DNA of 64,000 nucleotides, taken from Asterionella formosa (taxonomy: Eukaryota). Positions 47,016-60,049 of the stretch are shown piece after piece (the first letter of the stretch is position 1; the number at the start of each line of letters is the position of its first letter). The translations under genes and the position numbers were made by a program. The notes below the pieces were generated by a model. It saw only the letters and a program-made list of their open reading frames with translations. It was not told where the DNA came from and searched no databases. Location of the stretch: NCBI GenBank assembly GCA_002256025.1, contig NKIB01005371.1, positions 62,001 to 126,000 on the forward strand, in the 5' to 3' direction.

Positions 47016-50000
47016 CTTTGAATTCAAAAAGAGTCCAATTAGAAGAAAACAAACATGGCAATATATTCAAGGGTTCCTGTCATTCCTTTGATCAAAGATT
47101 ACAATGTATTGACTATCAAGTCTAAAAAATTCAGAGTTGCTTTAACCGGTGGAAGGTTTGAATCGTTTGATCAAGACATAATCGATGGAAACTCTGTGGA
47201 AGCATTGCTGATTGGAGTGAATCAATTTTGTGACATGGCTAACACATGTGCCTTTAGCCCTGCAGATACCTTTTCCTACTACTTTAAAAGATGTTTGACT
47301 GACATTGCCCTATCAGATTGGTTGAATGTGGAAGTACACCCAGAAGATCAATCCTACAATAGTTTCGATGAAGCAATGGCTTTATGGTTAGACGATCGTT
47401 TACCAAACAAGAGTTTTCAACGTCAACGACAATGGATGCTACTACGCTACTTGTCTAAACCCTTTTCTATGTTGGTAATGGATTTCGGAGCTCGTATTAA
47501 AACTTTGAACAGGCTACTTCAACTAATGCCTCATCCAGAAGATCAAAACGGATTGTCAAAAGAAGATATGCAGATCATCATCATCCGATCTATGCCCGAT
47601 GAGTGGCAACAAGAGTTTGAATTGAATCATGCTAAAACTTCAGACCAATCAATTCGCTCGGTTCTCGCTTACTTTGAGAGTCAACAATCGTTTAAGGATC
47701 GAAACAAGCACCTTCCCAAGAACAGTTTTCAAACAATCACGCAAAATCGTCTTCGTATTGCTGAAGGCAATCGTGTGATGCATCAAGAAAACGAGCGTGT
47801 CAATCGTCAATTCTACAACGATAATTTTACTCCAAGTGGTCGTGGAAGAGCGCGTGCTATTGTCAATACAGCCGGTCGCGCATGGGATCGTCAGGCGACT
47901 ATACGTCATCAAGCTCTACAAGCCAGTCGTACCTACCATGATTATCGTGGCCCTTGCCCGGTACTACATCCTGAAGGTACACACACTTGGGGCAATTGTT
48001 TTCAGAATCCTCGTACTCAAGGTGGTCGAGCAGGTTGTATGGCTGGTTGTCATAATGGACGTGGCCGTTCCAGTTTCGGTAGACGAGGACATTTTGGTGG
48101 TCGTGGAGGCGGTTCACATAGTAATCCTATGGAAAGCTACCATACTGACACCGCTAACCCTGTTTCTGTTCCACATGTTCATATGTTAAATACATGGGGT
48201 CGTAATACTCATCCATCCGGTTGGGGTATCGTGCCACGTGCCGATCCTACCGAGAATACATCGGCCCAGGAAATTTCAGTGGTCACGAACCCTCCTGCTG
48301 GTCAGATAGTGACTTTTGTCCCTACTGCACAACAGCAGATTGCTGATCGCCATTACAGAGGTATGTGCGATAATAGCGATGCTATTTATAATGACTCATT
48401 GAGTATATCTCACGATAGTCATCACCCGGATAGTAATATTGTTTATTTACAGGTTGAATACACTATGAATACCGCTGTTGCTGTAACGCGGTACATATAT
48501 AAATGTATCGATGGACATGACGTTCCATATACATATCAGGGGCCAATTCCGGTTTCCTGTTTTACTTCTATGGATATATTAACGTCAATTGATCTGGTTC
48601 CAATGTCTCATTTAGCTCCACGATTGGTGGATGCTATGCCTATGCATAAAATACTACGAGTATTATTTGATAGTGGAGGATCCTTATCCTTAATACATGA
48701 ACGGGTTATGCCTCAAGGTATTTCGTTGTCTAACGAGACTTCCCAATTAATACATACCAGCCATAGCTGGTACTTATTCATCTCATGCCAGTGTTATTTT
48801 ATATGACCTGATTCTATCTGAATTTAATCGATCCGCTCATATTTTACAACAAAACTGTCAAGTCTTTAATGGTCTATGCACATTTGATGTTATTTTAGGA
48901 CGTGATTTCCTACGTCAAGTTGGTTTAACCATTGATTTCGTAAATAACACCATGTCCTGTATGGATATGATTGTTCCTATGCATTCTCTCACATTCTTTG
49001 ATGATGGAGAACTTTTACGTGATGTATTATTATATTTTGATGCACCCATGATGATTGTGGAATCTTCATATGCACTGGAAATTAAAGCTGCTGAATATAA
49101 TTATGTGAATATTGATACAGTGGTGAACAAACAGATGCATTTAACAACAATGCAACGGTCATGTTTACGAACTATATTGGTTAAATATCAAACATTATTT
49201 GATGGAAAATTAAAAGTTTATCCTCACAAACAGGCAGATACATTTGGAATTATTATCCAATGCCATCCCTTGTCATTAACGAGCGTATCCTGTCGCTCAT
49301 ATTCCTTTAGAAGTTTTCAAAACCGAATTACAACGGTTGTGTGATATTGGAGTCCTACAAAAATGTGGTGCTTCTAAATGGGCGTCTCCCACTTTTATTA
49401 TCCCTAAAAAGGATGGAAGTGTCCGATGGGTATCAGATTTTCGTGAACTCAATAAAGTCTTCAATCGCAAAATATATCCGTTGCCTCGAATACAAACTAT
49501 CTCACTAAACGTTCTGGATATGTATTCTTCACCAAATTGGATGTTTCTATGCAATACTATACTTTCGCATTAGATGTGGAGAGTTAAAATTTGTGCGTTA
49601 TTTCTAATCCATTTGGTTTATATAAATATTTACGTCTCCCTATGGGGGTGAAACAATCATCTGATATAGCACAAAAAACGATGGAACAGATTCTTACTGA
49701 TTTAGATGATGTGGAAATTTATATTGATGACGTGGGTTGTTTTTCAATGAATTTTCCGGATCACATTCATTTATTGGACACTATTTTACATCGTTTACAG
49801 GCAAATGGTTTTACAATTAATCCACCTAAGTGTGAATGGGTATTCCAAGAGACAGATTGGTTAGGCTATTGGTTAACTCCTAATGGACTGAAACCTTGTT
49901 CTAAAAAGGTCCAAGCATTGATTAAAATGTCTTCACCTACCAATCTTAAACAAGTCAGATCATTTCTTGTTGCTGTTACGTTCTATCGAGACATGTTTCC

Positions 50001-51832
50001 TAGATGATCTCATGTTCTTGGACCACTTACAGATTTAATTGAAACTTGGAGTCCATTTGTCTGGTTACCTATACATCAACAAGCCTTTTGAAGAAATGAA
50101 AGAGTTGTTAGTTGCAGATACACTCATGCGTTATCCTGATCATAATCTTCCTTTTCATGTCTTTACTGATGCCTCTGATTATCAATTAGGGCCGGTCATT
50201 ATGCAAAATGATCTCCCAGTTGCTTATTATTCTCGCAAATTATCTGCTGCTCAAAAGAATTATACTGCTATTGAAAAAGAATTACTTTCTGTGGTAGAAA
50301 CTTTCAAAGAATTTCGCTCTATGTTATTGGGCGCAGTTCTACATGTTCACACTGATCATCGAAATCTTATTTATAATACTTTACATACTCAACGTGTTCT
50401 AAGATGGAGACTTTATATTGAAGAATATCATCCTACTTTTCACTATGTGCAAGGGACTGACAATGCTATTGCAGATTCCATATCTCGCCTCCCGAGGCTT
50501 GAGTCTTTGGTGGGGGATGATATTGGACCGAAATCTCCAGCATCAACATCCATTTCTACCTTTTCAATTGAATTAGATGATGAACCTTTGCTTACCTGTT
50601 TCCTTAATCATCCAATATTGACAGACAATATTCAATATCCTCTGGATTATAATTTAATACATGATAGACAATTGCTGGATATACAATTGATTCTCAATCA
50701 ACAAACACATCCATTAAAATTTCCTTCTATCAATTTTCATGATATATATTTAATATGTTTTGTGAAGAATCCAGGAGATACTTGGCGTATTGCTATTCCT
50801 ACATCATTATTGGATTCTATTATTAATTGGTATCATCAGATGTTAGCTCATGTGGGTATGACAAGATTAAATGCTACAATTGCTACACATTTTTATCACC
50901 CTACATTAAAAGCAAGAGTGGAACATATTGTAAGAGTATGTGAAGCATGTCAACGTACAAAATTACCTGGTACTGGTTTTGGTGATCTTCCACCCAGGAA
51001 TGCATTATTATTACCATGGTCAGAAGTCGCAGTAGATCTAATTGGTCCACGGAAAATAACAGTGGCTACTCAAGCAATTGAATTTCGTGCTTTAACTTGT
51101 ATTGATACGGTCACCAATTTGGCAGAAATTTCATCTTTCAATAACAAAACATCAGAATATATTGCAATGAAATTTGAAAATGATTGGTTAGCCAGATATC
51201 CCTGTCCAGAACGTTGTATACATGACAATGGAGGTGAATTTACTTTTGCTCCTTTCTTAGCTACACATGTTGGTGTTGAATGGAATCAAAGATGTGACTA
51301 CTACAGTCAAGAATCCACAAGCAAATGCTATCTGTGAACGTTTACATCAATCTATCAGTAATAGTCTACGAGTTATGTTGAAGGCTCACCCTCCAATGAA
51401 TGAATTTCAAGCCCAAAATATTGTGGATACATGTTTTGCAACTGCATCATATGCAGCTCGAACTACTATTCATAGTATATTATGTCTTTCACCAGGTGCA
51501 TGGGTTTTTCAACGTGATATGATAATAAATATTCCTTTGATTACAGATTTACAATTGATACATCAATGTCGACAAGTTATCATTGACGAACGCTTACGTC
51601 GTGTTAATTTCTGTCATCGATCTTATGATTACAAAGTGGGTGATGAGATTTTAATACTTTTGGATAATCCTACTACTTTGGATGATCATGGACGAGGTCC
51701 TTATACTATAATTCAAGTCCATGCCAATGGTACAGTTACTTTTCAACGCACTATGCATATTACAGAACGAATTAATATTCGTCGTGTCAAACCTTTTCAT
51801 AGGTGAAAGGTTTTCCCTTAAGTGTGGGAGAG

Positions 51833-52009
51833 TGAGCGATCCTGCACATCGATACAGATGTATATAGGGTTAAGGTTTTATCAAATATATCAGAACTCGA
51901 CTAACACCTATTGTATACTTTGATGTCAACTTGGGATACATATTCTTAAGATTAATTAGCTCATATATTCAACAAATACTACTACCGGTACTTCTAGTTA
52001 GATACGTCA
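51833..52009 (+). repeat. 3' LTR (177 bp)
   Basis: Differs from the 5' LTR by three substitutions and two 6-bp indels. Confidence 0.95.
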
Positions 52010-52354
52010 CCTGGTACTATATACGTAGAGCCTCCTAATGTTTTTGCATGTTGTTAAGGTGGACTACGGGTATTTAGCGTTGACTGAAATCATAATTACT
52101 TTTTTACTATACATTATTTTGATATAATTTCTTTTATACATGCATACCCCGAAAACTGCTTCGTTGCTTGAACATGTGGTTCAATAAACAGTTCTGCCAC
52201 CGGTGCCTGGTACCTACTGCATAAGTCAAACTGATCAGCATGGTCATGTTTTTGGTCTCCATTTCTCCTTGCATTATTATGCATTAGCTTGTAATATAAG
52301 TACTGACAGTGCGAAATAGTCCACAAAAATACTTCCAACCAGCCAATAAGTATA

Positions 52355-53521
52355 ATGAGATTCACAACCAAAATTCTGCCCTCCGTCTCCGGCAATCTCG
52401 GAATTATCGAACTCAATAATCCCAAAGCCCTGCATGCTCTCACACTCGACATGGTGCACGCCATGCAAGATGTGTACTCAGAATGGCACAAGGCGTCCTC
52501 CATCAAAGCCATTCTTCTCAAAGGATCCAAAGATACGTCACGGCACACCTTTTGTGCCGGGGGAGACGTCAAGCAAGTCTATGCGTCCATCGTAGGACAA
52601 CAAGAACACCAACACTTACATGGACACGGAATTACTGGCCTTTACAGTAGCGAAATGTTTCGACAAGAGTATATTGTCAATCATGCGATTGCCACCTCTA
52701 CTACACCACAAATATCGCTCTGGGATGGTGTCGTAATGGGAGGTGGGGTTGGAATTAGTATTCATGGTAAATACCGAGTTGCGACGCAACATACGACCTT
52801 GGCTATGCCGGAAACTGCCATTGGGATCTTTCCAGATGTCGGGAGCATGTATTGGATGCCGAGAATGTTGAAGGGCGGACTTTCCGCTTATGTTGCATTG
52901 ACTGGGGCGAGGTTGGGCCCATCGGACTTATTGTATACGGGTTTGGCCACACATTATGTGGCGTCGGAACGGTTGGAGGACCTGCAAGTAGCTTTGGTGG
53001 AGGCAACTAAGCATTTGAAGGAAACGGAAGTGACAAAAGATGTGGTGGCACCAGTACTCATGTCCTTTCACGAGATGCCACCCATAAATCCACGAGAGTC
53101 GTTTGTAGCAAAGCACAAGCAAGTCATTAATGACGTGTTCGCCGGATCAGATTCGATCGAACTCATTGTCGCGAAACTGAATGACCTCGATTCAGAATTT
53201 GGTCGCAAGACGCTCAAAACTATGAATGCAATGTCTCCAACAAGCTTAAAAGTCACATTGGAAGGGCTCAAGCGGGGAGCTCAAATGAACAATATTGGCG
53301 AAGACTTGCAAATGGAATTTAGAATGATGCAACGGTTCATGCTGACAGGATCAGATGCAATTGAAGGAATTCGAGCTGTGCTCGTCGACAAGGATCAAGC
53401 CCCAAACTGGAATCCAGCAACACTGGCAGACGTCACGGACGACATGGTCCAGTCCTACTTTGAACCATTAGGAGAGAATGATTGGGTTATTCCAGCAGAG
53501 GTCGAAGTATCCAAGTTGTAG
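52355..53521 (+). CDS. HIBCH: 3-hydroxyisobutyryl-CoA hydrolase (crotonase family) with C-terminal SKL
   Basis: LNNPKALHALT, FCAGGDVK, WDGVVMGGGVGISIHG, AMPETAIGIFPDVG and EGIRAVLVDKDQAPNW. Confidence 0.93.
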   Translation: MRFTTKILPSVSGNLGIIELNNPKALHALTLDMVHAMQDVYSEWHKASSIKAILLKGSKDTSRHTFCAGGDVKQVYASIVGQQEHQHLHGHGITGLYSSEMFRQEYIVNHAIATSTTPQISLWDGVVMGGGVGISIHGKYRVATQHTTLAMPETAIGIFPDVGSMYWMPRMLKGGLSAYVALTGARLGPSDLLYTGLATHYVASERLEDLQVALVEATKHLKETEVTKDVVAPVLMSFHEMPPINPRESFVAKHKQVINDVFAGSDSIELIVAKLNDLDSEFGRKTLKTMNAMSPTSLKVTLEGLKRGAQMNNIGEDLQMEFRMMQRFMLTGSDAIEGIRAVLVDKDQAPNWNPATLADVTDDMVQSYFEPLGENDWVIPAEVEVSKL

Positions 53522-54654
53522 AACACTAGACTACTGGAATGCGATGGCGTACTTCCTACTGGTAGAACTCCACTGGTATTCTCCTGCCAAACATACTGGC
53601 AGGAGCTAGCACTAGCAGTAGGCGATGAAGTCTTGTATTTTCTGTAGATTGGCCTTTCTCCTGCATTTTGCATAACTGTTCCCACCATTTGCTTACTCCT
53701 TGATAGAAAATAACACTCCATGATTTAGAGTGGTGTCACTGCTTGGGTAGGTCCAATGACCATTCATATTCATCCAAATACGCCTGCTCACTATAAACCA
53801 GGAACATTGTTGGCGAAAGCTGTAGGCTGTGCAGCATATTCTTTGCTGGTACCCATAACCAGTCTGAACCACTTATGATAACAGACTGCTGTAAATTGGC
53901 TTATAACAGGATACTTAAGATGTATAATAAATGCATCAGTTTATAGAGACCAATACTATCAGAAGTAAATGCGAAACCCCCGCGAAAAAGAAAACAAGGG
54001 AGACATCCATGGTGGGTCCAGAAGAAAAACACGATATCAACTAGGTATGGGTATCTGCAAAGGCACAAATGCAATTTTTAGTTAGTTTAAATGTACTTGT
54101 TTAAATCTTAGTAGTGAAGTAAAATAATACCTGCACATATAATATGAATCATTTCAACAACAAACAGCAGGTCAACAACAATCAACAGTTGCCGCGATGG
54201 AGAGTTGCTTGGTCTGAATACTCCCACTAATGGGCGCTCATGAAAGCTACATGAATGCTGTGGGAAGTTATTGAAGACAGATGATGTTATCAGATTCAAG
54301 CTGACTGCCTGTTGTGGAGGATAGTATATCAGCCAGGCAAGCCATTGGAGACCATCAAGGCTCTCATCATCAAAGATGTATCAGTCTGCATTCTATACTA
54401 TATACTGTTACATTGTAGAACAGTAAATAGAGTTTAGAATCATTTCTTTTAACAAATATAGTGATTCATATAAACTATAGTTCTGCTAGCTTCAACACGT
54501 CAAATGGAATCGAAAATTATCATTTGAGCTATTTCACATTGATGCTATGTATTACGTCTACAAATCAAAAATTCAAAAGTATAGCATGCTTGAACAGACA
54601 ATAAAATTACATTTCTAGTCACATCTACACTTTTTGAACATTTTAACAAACCGA

Positions 54655-54840
54655 ATTCTGAAAAGTGTTCAAAATCGTGGTTTGTGACACCCTCTTGCCC
54701 AAGCTGTCCAGACCCACTGAGATAAATCCTCACGCGTCACCTTTGTGCGATAAGGATTTGTGACCATCCAGTTCTCATAGGGATCCAAAACTTGGCCCTT
54801 AAAGGGCGTATTGAACCCAATGTCCAACACCAGTAGTTTA
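54655..54840 (-). mobile_element. pogo/Tc1-mariner-type DDE transposase C-terminal relic
   Basis: KLLVLDIGFNTPFKGQV..YENWM....KVTREDLSQWVWTAW resembles the pogo LQxLDVGINxPFK...W motif. A frameshift follows. Confidence 0.65.
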
Positions 54841-55273
54841 TAGTTGTATTTGCATTCGCTGGAAAACCATTTATGTCGACAAGATAAGATTTGTAAGTGC
54901 TCTTGTTAGATCAATGCTCAACTGTTCGAAGTTAACGGACACATGTGTGTTATTAATCTTTCAGGATAATTTTAATCAAACAGTTTTGTTGTAAGTTATA
55001 AATTGCAATGGTGGAAAGATTTATTGATGTTTACTTATGCGAATTTCGACTGACACATTATTTTTCAGAATTATTTGAAAAGTTCATCAGTTTCTGGTAA
55101 GTGAAGCATGATAAAATGGAACTTCGATGTTGAGGTTTAAACAAGACATGGCTAACGAGCTATTCCTTCTCATCGTTAGTATGATTAGGAAATAAAGATC
55201 GATATAACAATGGAACAGTGCATGAGAATTCAGAATCGGAGCAAAAGGAAAGGGCAGGTGAGGAAACGAAAAT

Positions 55274-56609
55274 ACCTTGTATTGGAATCCAATACAAGGT
55301 GAAAAAGTAATTTACCAAAAAAAATAAGGTTGACCTTGTATTGGCTAGCTTCGTCGTTAGGGTTGCGAATCCGTGGTCTTGCCAATACAAGGAAATAGGC
55401 TCTTTTTTCCAATAGAAGATATGAATTCACAGGCAATTTTTTGGTATGCCCAAGAAAGTCTTGGGACCTACATGCTACGGCGTTAAACAATTTCAATTCC
55501 TTAAGCATGGCATCTTACCTATTATTATGAGCATTCCCTGTTCAACTGGTGGAGGTGTGTGAAAGAGTGAGACAATGGTTTCCGGACATCGTTGTAAAGG
55601 ATAAGAAATTTAACTTGGAGATATTATTTTTGTGATGCCAATAAATAGCGTCGACCCAGTGATGATTTCTCGGGGTGTATATACTATACTATTACTTTAC
55701 ACAGTCAGTATTAGTACAGAATAATTTGAATTAGAACATATCATTCCCAGCCAGATAAATTAAAATTTGAAAGTATTCATTACTGTATGATAACATGAAG
55801 AACACAAAATGACAGTTTCATATGATCAATACCCATTACAGACACATAGCCAAAATTTTGAAAATTTTGAAAGACTGAATGACCATATAGATAAAAATAA
55901 CGGTTTTATCAATATGCATCATACTATATGACATCGTATGTAAAGGAATGGCTTAGTGATTTAGCACGTGGCCTTTGATCTGAGGTTGTGACGTTGCTTC
56001 GATTCCCGCAATTATTTTTACATGCAATTGTTGGGTTCGACTCCCACACTCCTTACTGTCCCGCACGGTCTTGCCTGCCTGAGGTGCAAGAAATAGTGGG
56101 TTTCCCCCCTACAAGCAGCTTGTGTCGCCTTCCTAGGCGGTGGGAGTTTCCCCCTAACGCTGCGGCTAAGATGATAACCATTCGTGAAAGGTGATTGGGG
56201 ACTCACCTACACTAACAAAACTAGGGAAGCACAGGTCTTGTCAGTACTAGCTAGGTAGCACAACGCAATACTTGCCTTGAAATAGGGAAGTATGAATGGG
56301 ATACAAAACATGCTAACTTTTATGACATAATATGTACACTTTACCAGGACTATAGACCAATGAAGGATCAATCTTCAATTGCAAAATATTGTCACCGTGT
56401 ATTTGGACTTATGATCTTGTATTGGGATGAGACGTAGTACTGCCAAAACCCAATACAGGGGCAACTTTGAATTAGAAAATATTGTCACCTTGTATTGGAA
56501 CTCATGACCTTGTATTGGGATGTGACGTAGTACAGCCAAAACCCAGTACAGGGGCAACCTTGAATTGCAAAATGTCGCCACCTTGTATTGGGAAATAAAC
56601 AGAGCCCTA
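55274..56609. mobile_element. Putative non-autonomous DNA transposon rich in CCTTGTATTGG subterminal motifs, including a 93-bp tandem repeat (56377-56592)
   Basis: Hairpin ACCTTGTATTGGA-A-TCCAATACAAGGT at 55274-55300, motif copies at 55333 and 55382, and 93-bp units starting at 56377, 56470 and 56563. The right end reads TAGGGCTCTG on the minus strand, which is hAT-like. Confidence 0.5.
55945..56282 (+). mobile_element. tRNA-derived SINE-like element, copy 2
   Basis: Colinear with 6393-6701, with an extra ~40-nt internal segment that copy 1 lacks. Confidence 0.75.
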
Positions 56610-58082
56610 CTACCGGTATATGCACCTGTAATTCTTGCACAGAGGGAGTACCACAGGTACAGATACTGTTGCTCACTACCAGTACAACCAATTACACCAT
56701 TCATAAATGCTGTACTGGTTTATTTCAAGACTTATACATGGACCTTTTACATGATGATAGTAAGAAAGTAAGAAATAAATAGTAGACCACCAGTACTGGA
56801 GTAGAGTTTACCTGGGGTTGCTTTGAATGATAGAATTCGGCTTGAGGGCTGTGGCTAAGAATTCTCCATAACAATTCATTTTTCTCTGCTATACGGTATG
56901 TTGTAGGAGTACAGTACTGACAAACTATTTTACCCATAGCGATCTTTCTGGCCGAAAAGAACTCTAGTCTAACCGGCCTCGTTCAATTCCCATCCCAGTA
57001 GGTTGGAGTACCTACAAGTTGCAGTCATTTTGCTTAAATAAACAATTTAATATGAAGTAAAGATAGCTAAATAGTTCGTTTCAGTGCTGATACCAGGTAG
57101 CTGGTAGCATGAATGTTACCCCAATACACCTCATGTTTGGTGTAGGTACTGGAATGTACATTCAAATTTTGTATTCATGTACCGGTAGACTACTGACAGA
57201 TTGCCGGTACTTGAACATTCCTCAATATTTTATACACCGGCATATAAACCTGTAGTGTATATCACAGTATAATGATATGTGGGTGGTACATACCCCCTGG
57301 TACCAGCTACCGCACCTGGTACTCCTGAGTGCCCTGGTAGGTACCGAAATAACGGTTGCTGGTGTACCAGGAGCCTGGTGCCTGGTACTACATAGAAAGA
57401 CCAAGAAGTTTTGGAAAATCATGGGTTTTATCTACCTTCTGTATTCAAACACGAATATTTGTGTTGATTAAATTCTTGCTTTCTTTGTCTTGCGATTTCT
57501 TTCGTTGTGGGTCTGATTTTATCAGAGAAGTTTTCTATGCTGGCTGGCGTTTTAGGCGTTGCTGGTTGTTCATAGGCAAATTTGTGTCTATCGCATCATT
57601 GTAATAGTACTGGTACCTTGCATAATTTTGTACTTTTGTTTTTGTCGTCGTCGTTTGCAGAGACTGTTGCCATTCTTAAAGAAAGGACTTGACAAATCAA
57701 TCAGTAAATCAGTAAGATCAAGCAGGTGTTGCCATTTGAATCTGCAGCCTTGATTTGAATTGTTTTTGTTTTGTTGGAAGGGGCATTTCATTTCATTTCT
57801 AAATACATTCCCGCGGTCACGAGGCTATTCTGGTACTGTACCAAGTAGAATCCACCTGCTATTTTCAAGGCCCATCGCCATTGAATTTACTCAACATTTG
57901 AATCCTCTGTTGTTCACCAAGGCTTGATACAGTGAACTTCGTTTTATTCATAACAGAAGGAACAAATTAATTAAGAAATCCATCAACCACCATAACCAGA
58001 AACCGAAGGAGTAGTCAAGGAAGACAAAACTCCGGCGAAAACGAATTTATTGCTTGCCCTGGATACGAACCGCCCATACGCC

Positions 58083-60049
58083 ATGTCCGAACGATCAGCA
58101 TCTACACCAGCTGCTCTATCATCACCTGCCTCTGCACCTATGTCCAAGCTGTCCGGAAGCGAAAAGGAGCGCGGACGAGAACGTAATCGTGACCCAGAAT
58201 CTGCCAGTGGACTTCCAATCAGATGCATCAACCCCGCTTCTGATGTCAACTCTCGCCTTGATACTCAAGTCGAAGTTCGTGTTTATCCTTGCAACAATAA
58301 TCAAGGAAACAATGGAAAGAAAAAGTTCACGACTTTCAATGTCAAACCAGAGGTAAGTCATTTTATTGAACAGAAGTGTGGCAGCGCCTTGCTTCCTTCG
58401 GGTTCTCTCTGTGTGTCACAGTTCTAAACTATTATTTTGTTTTCCTCAGGGTGTGATTATTCAAGGATCGAACAGAAACCGTCAAAGTGGCGTAACGGAT
58501 CTCGGAACTGAGTATTCCTCTCAGATTGGTCGCAAACTTCAGAGGTACGAGTTGTCGGATACTCGGGCATGCCAGCTCCTTGTGACTAGCCATGCGAAAT
58601 CATTTTGGGTAGTTCCTGCTCCTGAGGCTTTTTCGCGTCACTCTGGAACGTGTCGCCTGTTGGGAGATCGGAAGCACCCTCCTGCCCCTCATACCCTTCA
58701 GGTTGGAGATTTTCTTCGTGTTGGCTCCGTTGGTGTTGTTGTCATTGAAACGCATGATGGATTGGAGAATCGTGTTTTGAGCGAAGAACGAATTCAAAAG
58801 ATTATGAAGGATACTACTTCTGGAAATGGTGGTTTCTTGGACTTGGGAGAAACAGATGGAGGTGAGAATTTTCGATGAACTTGCTTCGCTTGCAAAAATT
58901 GTTTCGACACACCCACAATTTTGCCATTTATTTTCCACAGAAAACTCTGACGACGACTCCATGCATGGTGGCGGCGTTAAAGGATTGGAAAAAGCTAGTT
59001 CTAACAAGGGGGACTTGGCTGCCTATGGAGACAACCCAGTTTGTTACATGTGTTTCGACGAGGAGAATACTGAGGATAACCCTCTCATTACACCTTGCAA
59101 GTGCAGCGGTGACACCAAGTATGTCCATGTTGACTGTCTTCGTAAGTGGCATACTGCCGAGGCGGATAACCAAATCTGCTTCTTGTCGTCGGTTGATGCC
59201 ACTTGTTCTGTGTGTAAAAGTACCTTCAAATCTGATTTTAAGCTCAAAGATGGTCGCCAGGTGAAGCTGTTCAAGTCTTCCTTGGAGCCTCCTTATGTGT
59301 CGTTGCTTGTCGCAACGAAACATGAAATGGCCCAACGTCTTTTCAACACCAGATTCCAATTGTCGTTTAGCACGCTCCTTAAACCCGATGGCAATAACGG
59401 AAATCGTCCCCTCCTTCTCGGTCGTTCGTCTGGATCTGACATGGTCTTGGATTATCGCACAGTTTCCGCACGTCATGCTTCCATCCGGTTCAAGAATGGA
59501 GAGTTTGTGTTCACTGATGCAGGATCCTCGAACGGATCTTATTTGTACCTTCGAAGACCTGTTGAGTTGTCTGCTTCCCAGCCTGTTCAATTCCGTCTCG
59601 GGAGGTCAATGATCTCGATGAAAGTTGTGAACAAATGGAATCGCCGTCTTTTGCGTGCTGTTCGTCGCACTGGAAGCACTGGTCGCGACTCCGGGGACAT
59701 GGGTCCTTCGATTGGCGACGATTGTTCGATTGGAAGCAACGACGACGACGTACGCATCACAGACGCAAGTGGCACGGTGACAAAGATTGTCAATCGACGA
59801 AGCCGGGAAAGTATCATTCATTCACTGCCTCCACCTGGACATCTTTCCCAGCAATCCCGGCAGCACTTGGACCTCCTTTACGCGTTGGCATATCCCAAAC
59901 GTGATAAGGGCATTGAAAAGACCGCCAGGATTAATTTAGTGCAAGAAAACGAAGTTTATGATGTTGACGAGTGCAAGGAAGAAGAGAAAGGTCCTGTAGT
60001 CACCCCCTCCGTTCCTGTCGATGCTGAGCAAACTCGAAAAATCAACTAG
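58083..60049 (+). CDS. RING-variant (C4HC3) and FHA domain protein. Introns 58353-58449 and 58862-58940.
   Basis: CYMCFD...LITPCKCSGDTKYVHVDCLRKW...CSVC and the FHA motif LLLGRSSGSDMVLDYRTVSARHA...DAGSSNGSY. GT-AG introns restore the frame. Confidence 0.9.

Larger units (their letters stand above)
46851..52009 (+). mobile_element. Full-length, disabled Ty3/Gypsy LTR retrotransposon with a 5-bp TSD (CCTGG)
   Basis: TG...CA LTRs, with CCTGG at 46846-46850 and 52010-52014. Order is gag (CPVLHPEGTHTWGNC), protease (LFDSGG), RT (LPMG, YIDD), RNase H (TDASDYQLG, EKELL) and integrase (H-H-CEAC, VDLIG, DNGGEF, NAICER, GPY). Several frameshifts and stops. PPT-like GTGTGGGAGAG precedes the 3' LTR. Confidence 0.96.

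Noticed and set aside
53581..53605. 9-bp hairpin CTCCTGCCA...TGGCAGGAG downstream of HIBCH as a terminator
   Set aside because: Eukaryotic locus, no U-tract, and a stem this short can occur by chance.
54007..54018. DPPW (MT-A70 methyltransferase motif) on the minus strand
   Set aside because: It lies in a ~20-codon stretch bounded by stops, with no other MT-A70 motifs.
56377..56592. CRISPR-like array
   Set aside because: Whole 93-bp units repeat with no unique spacers, and there are no cas genes.
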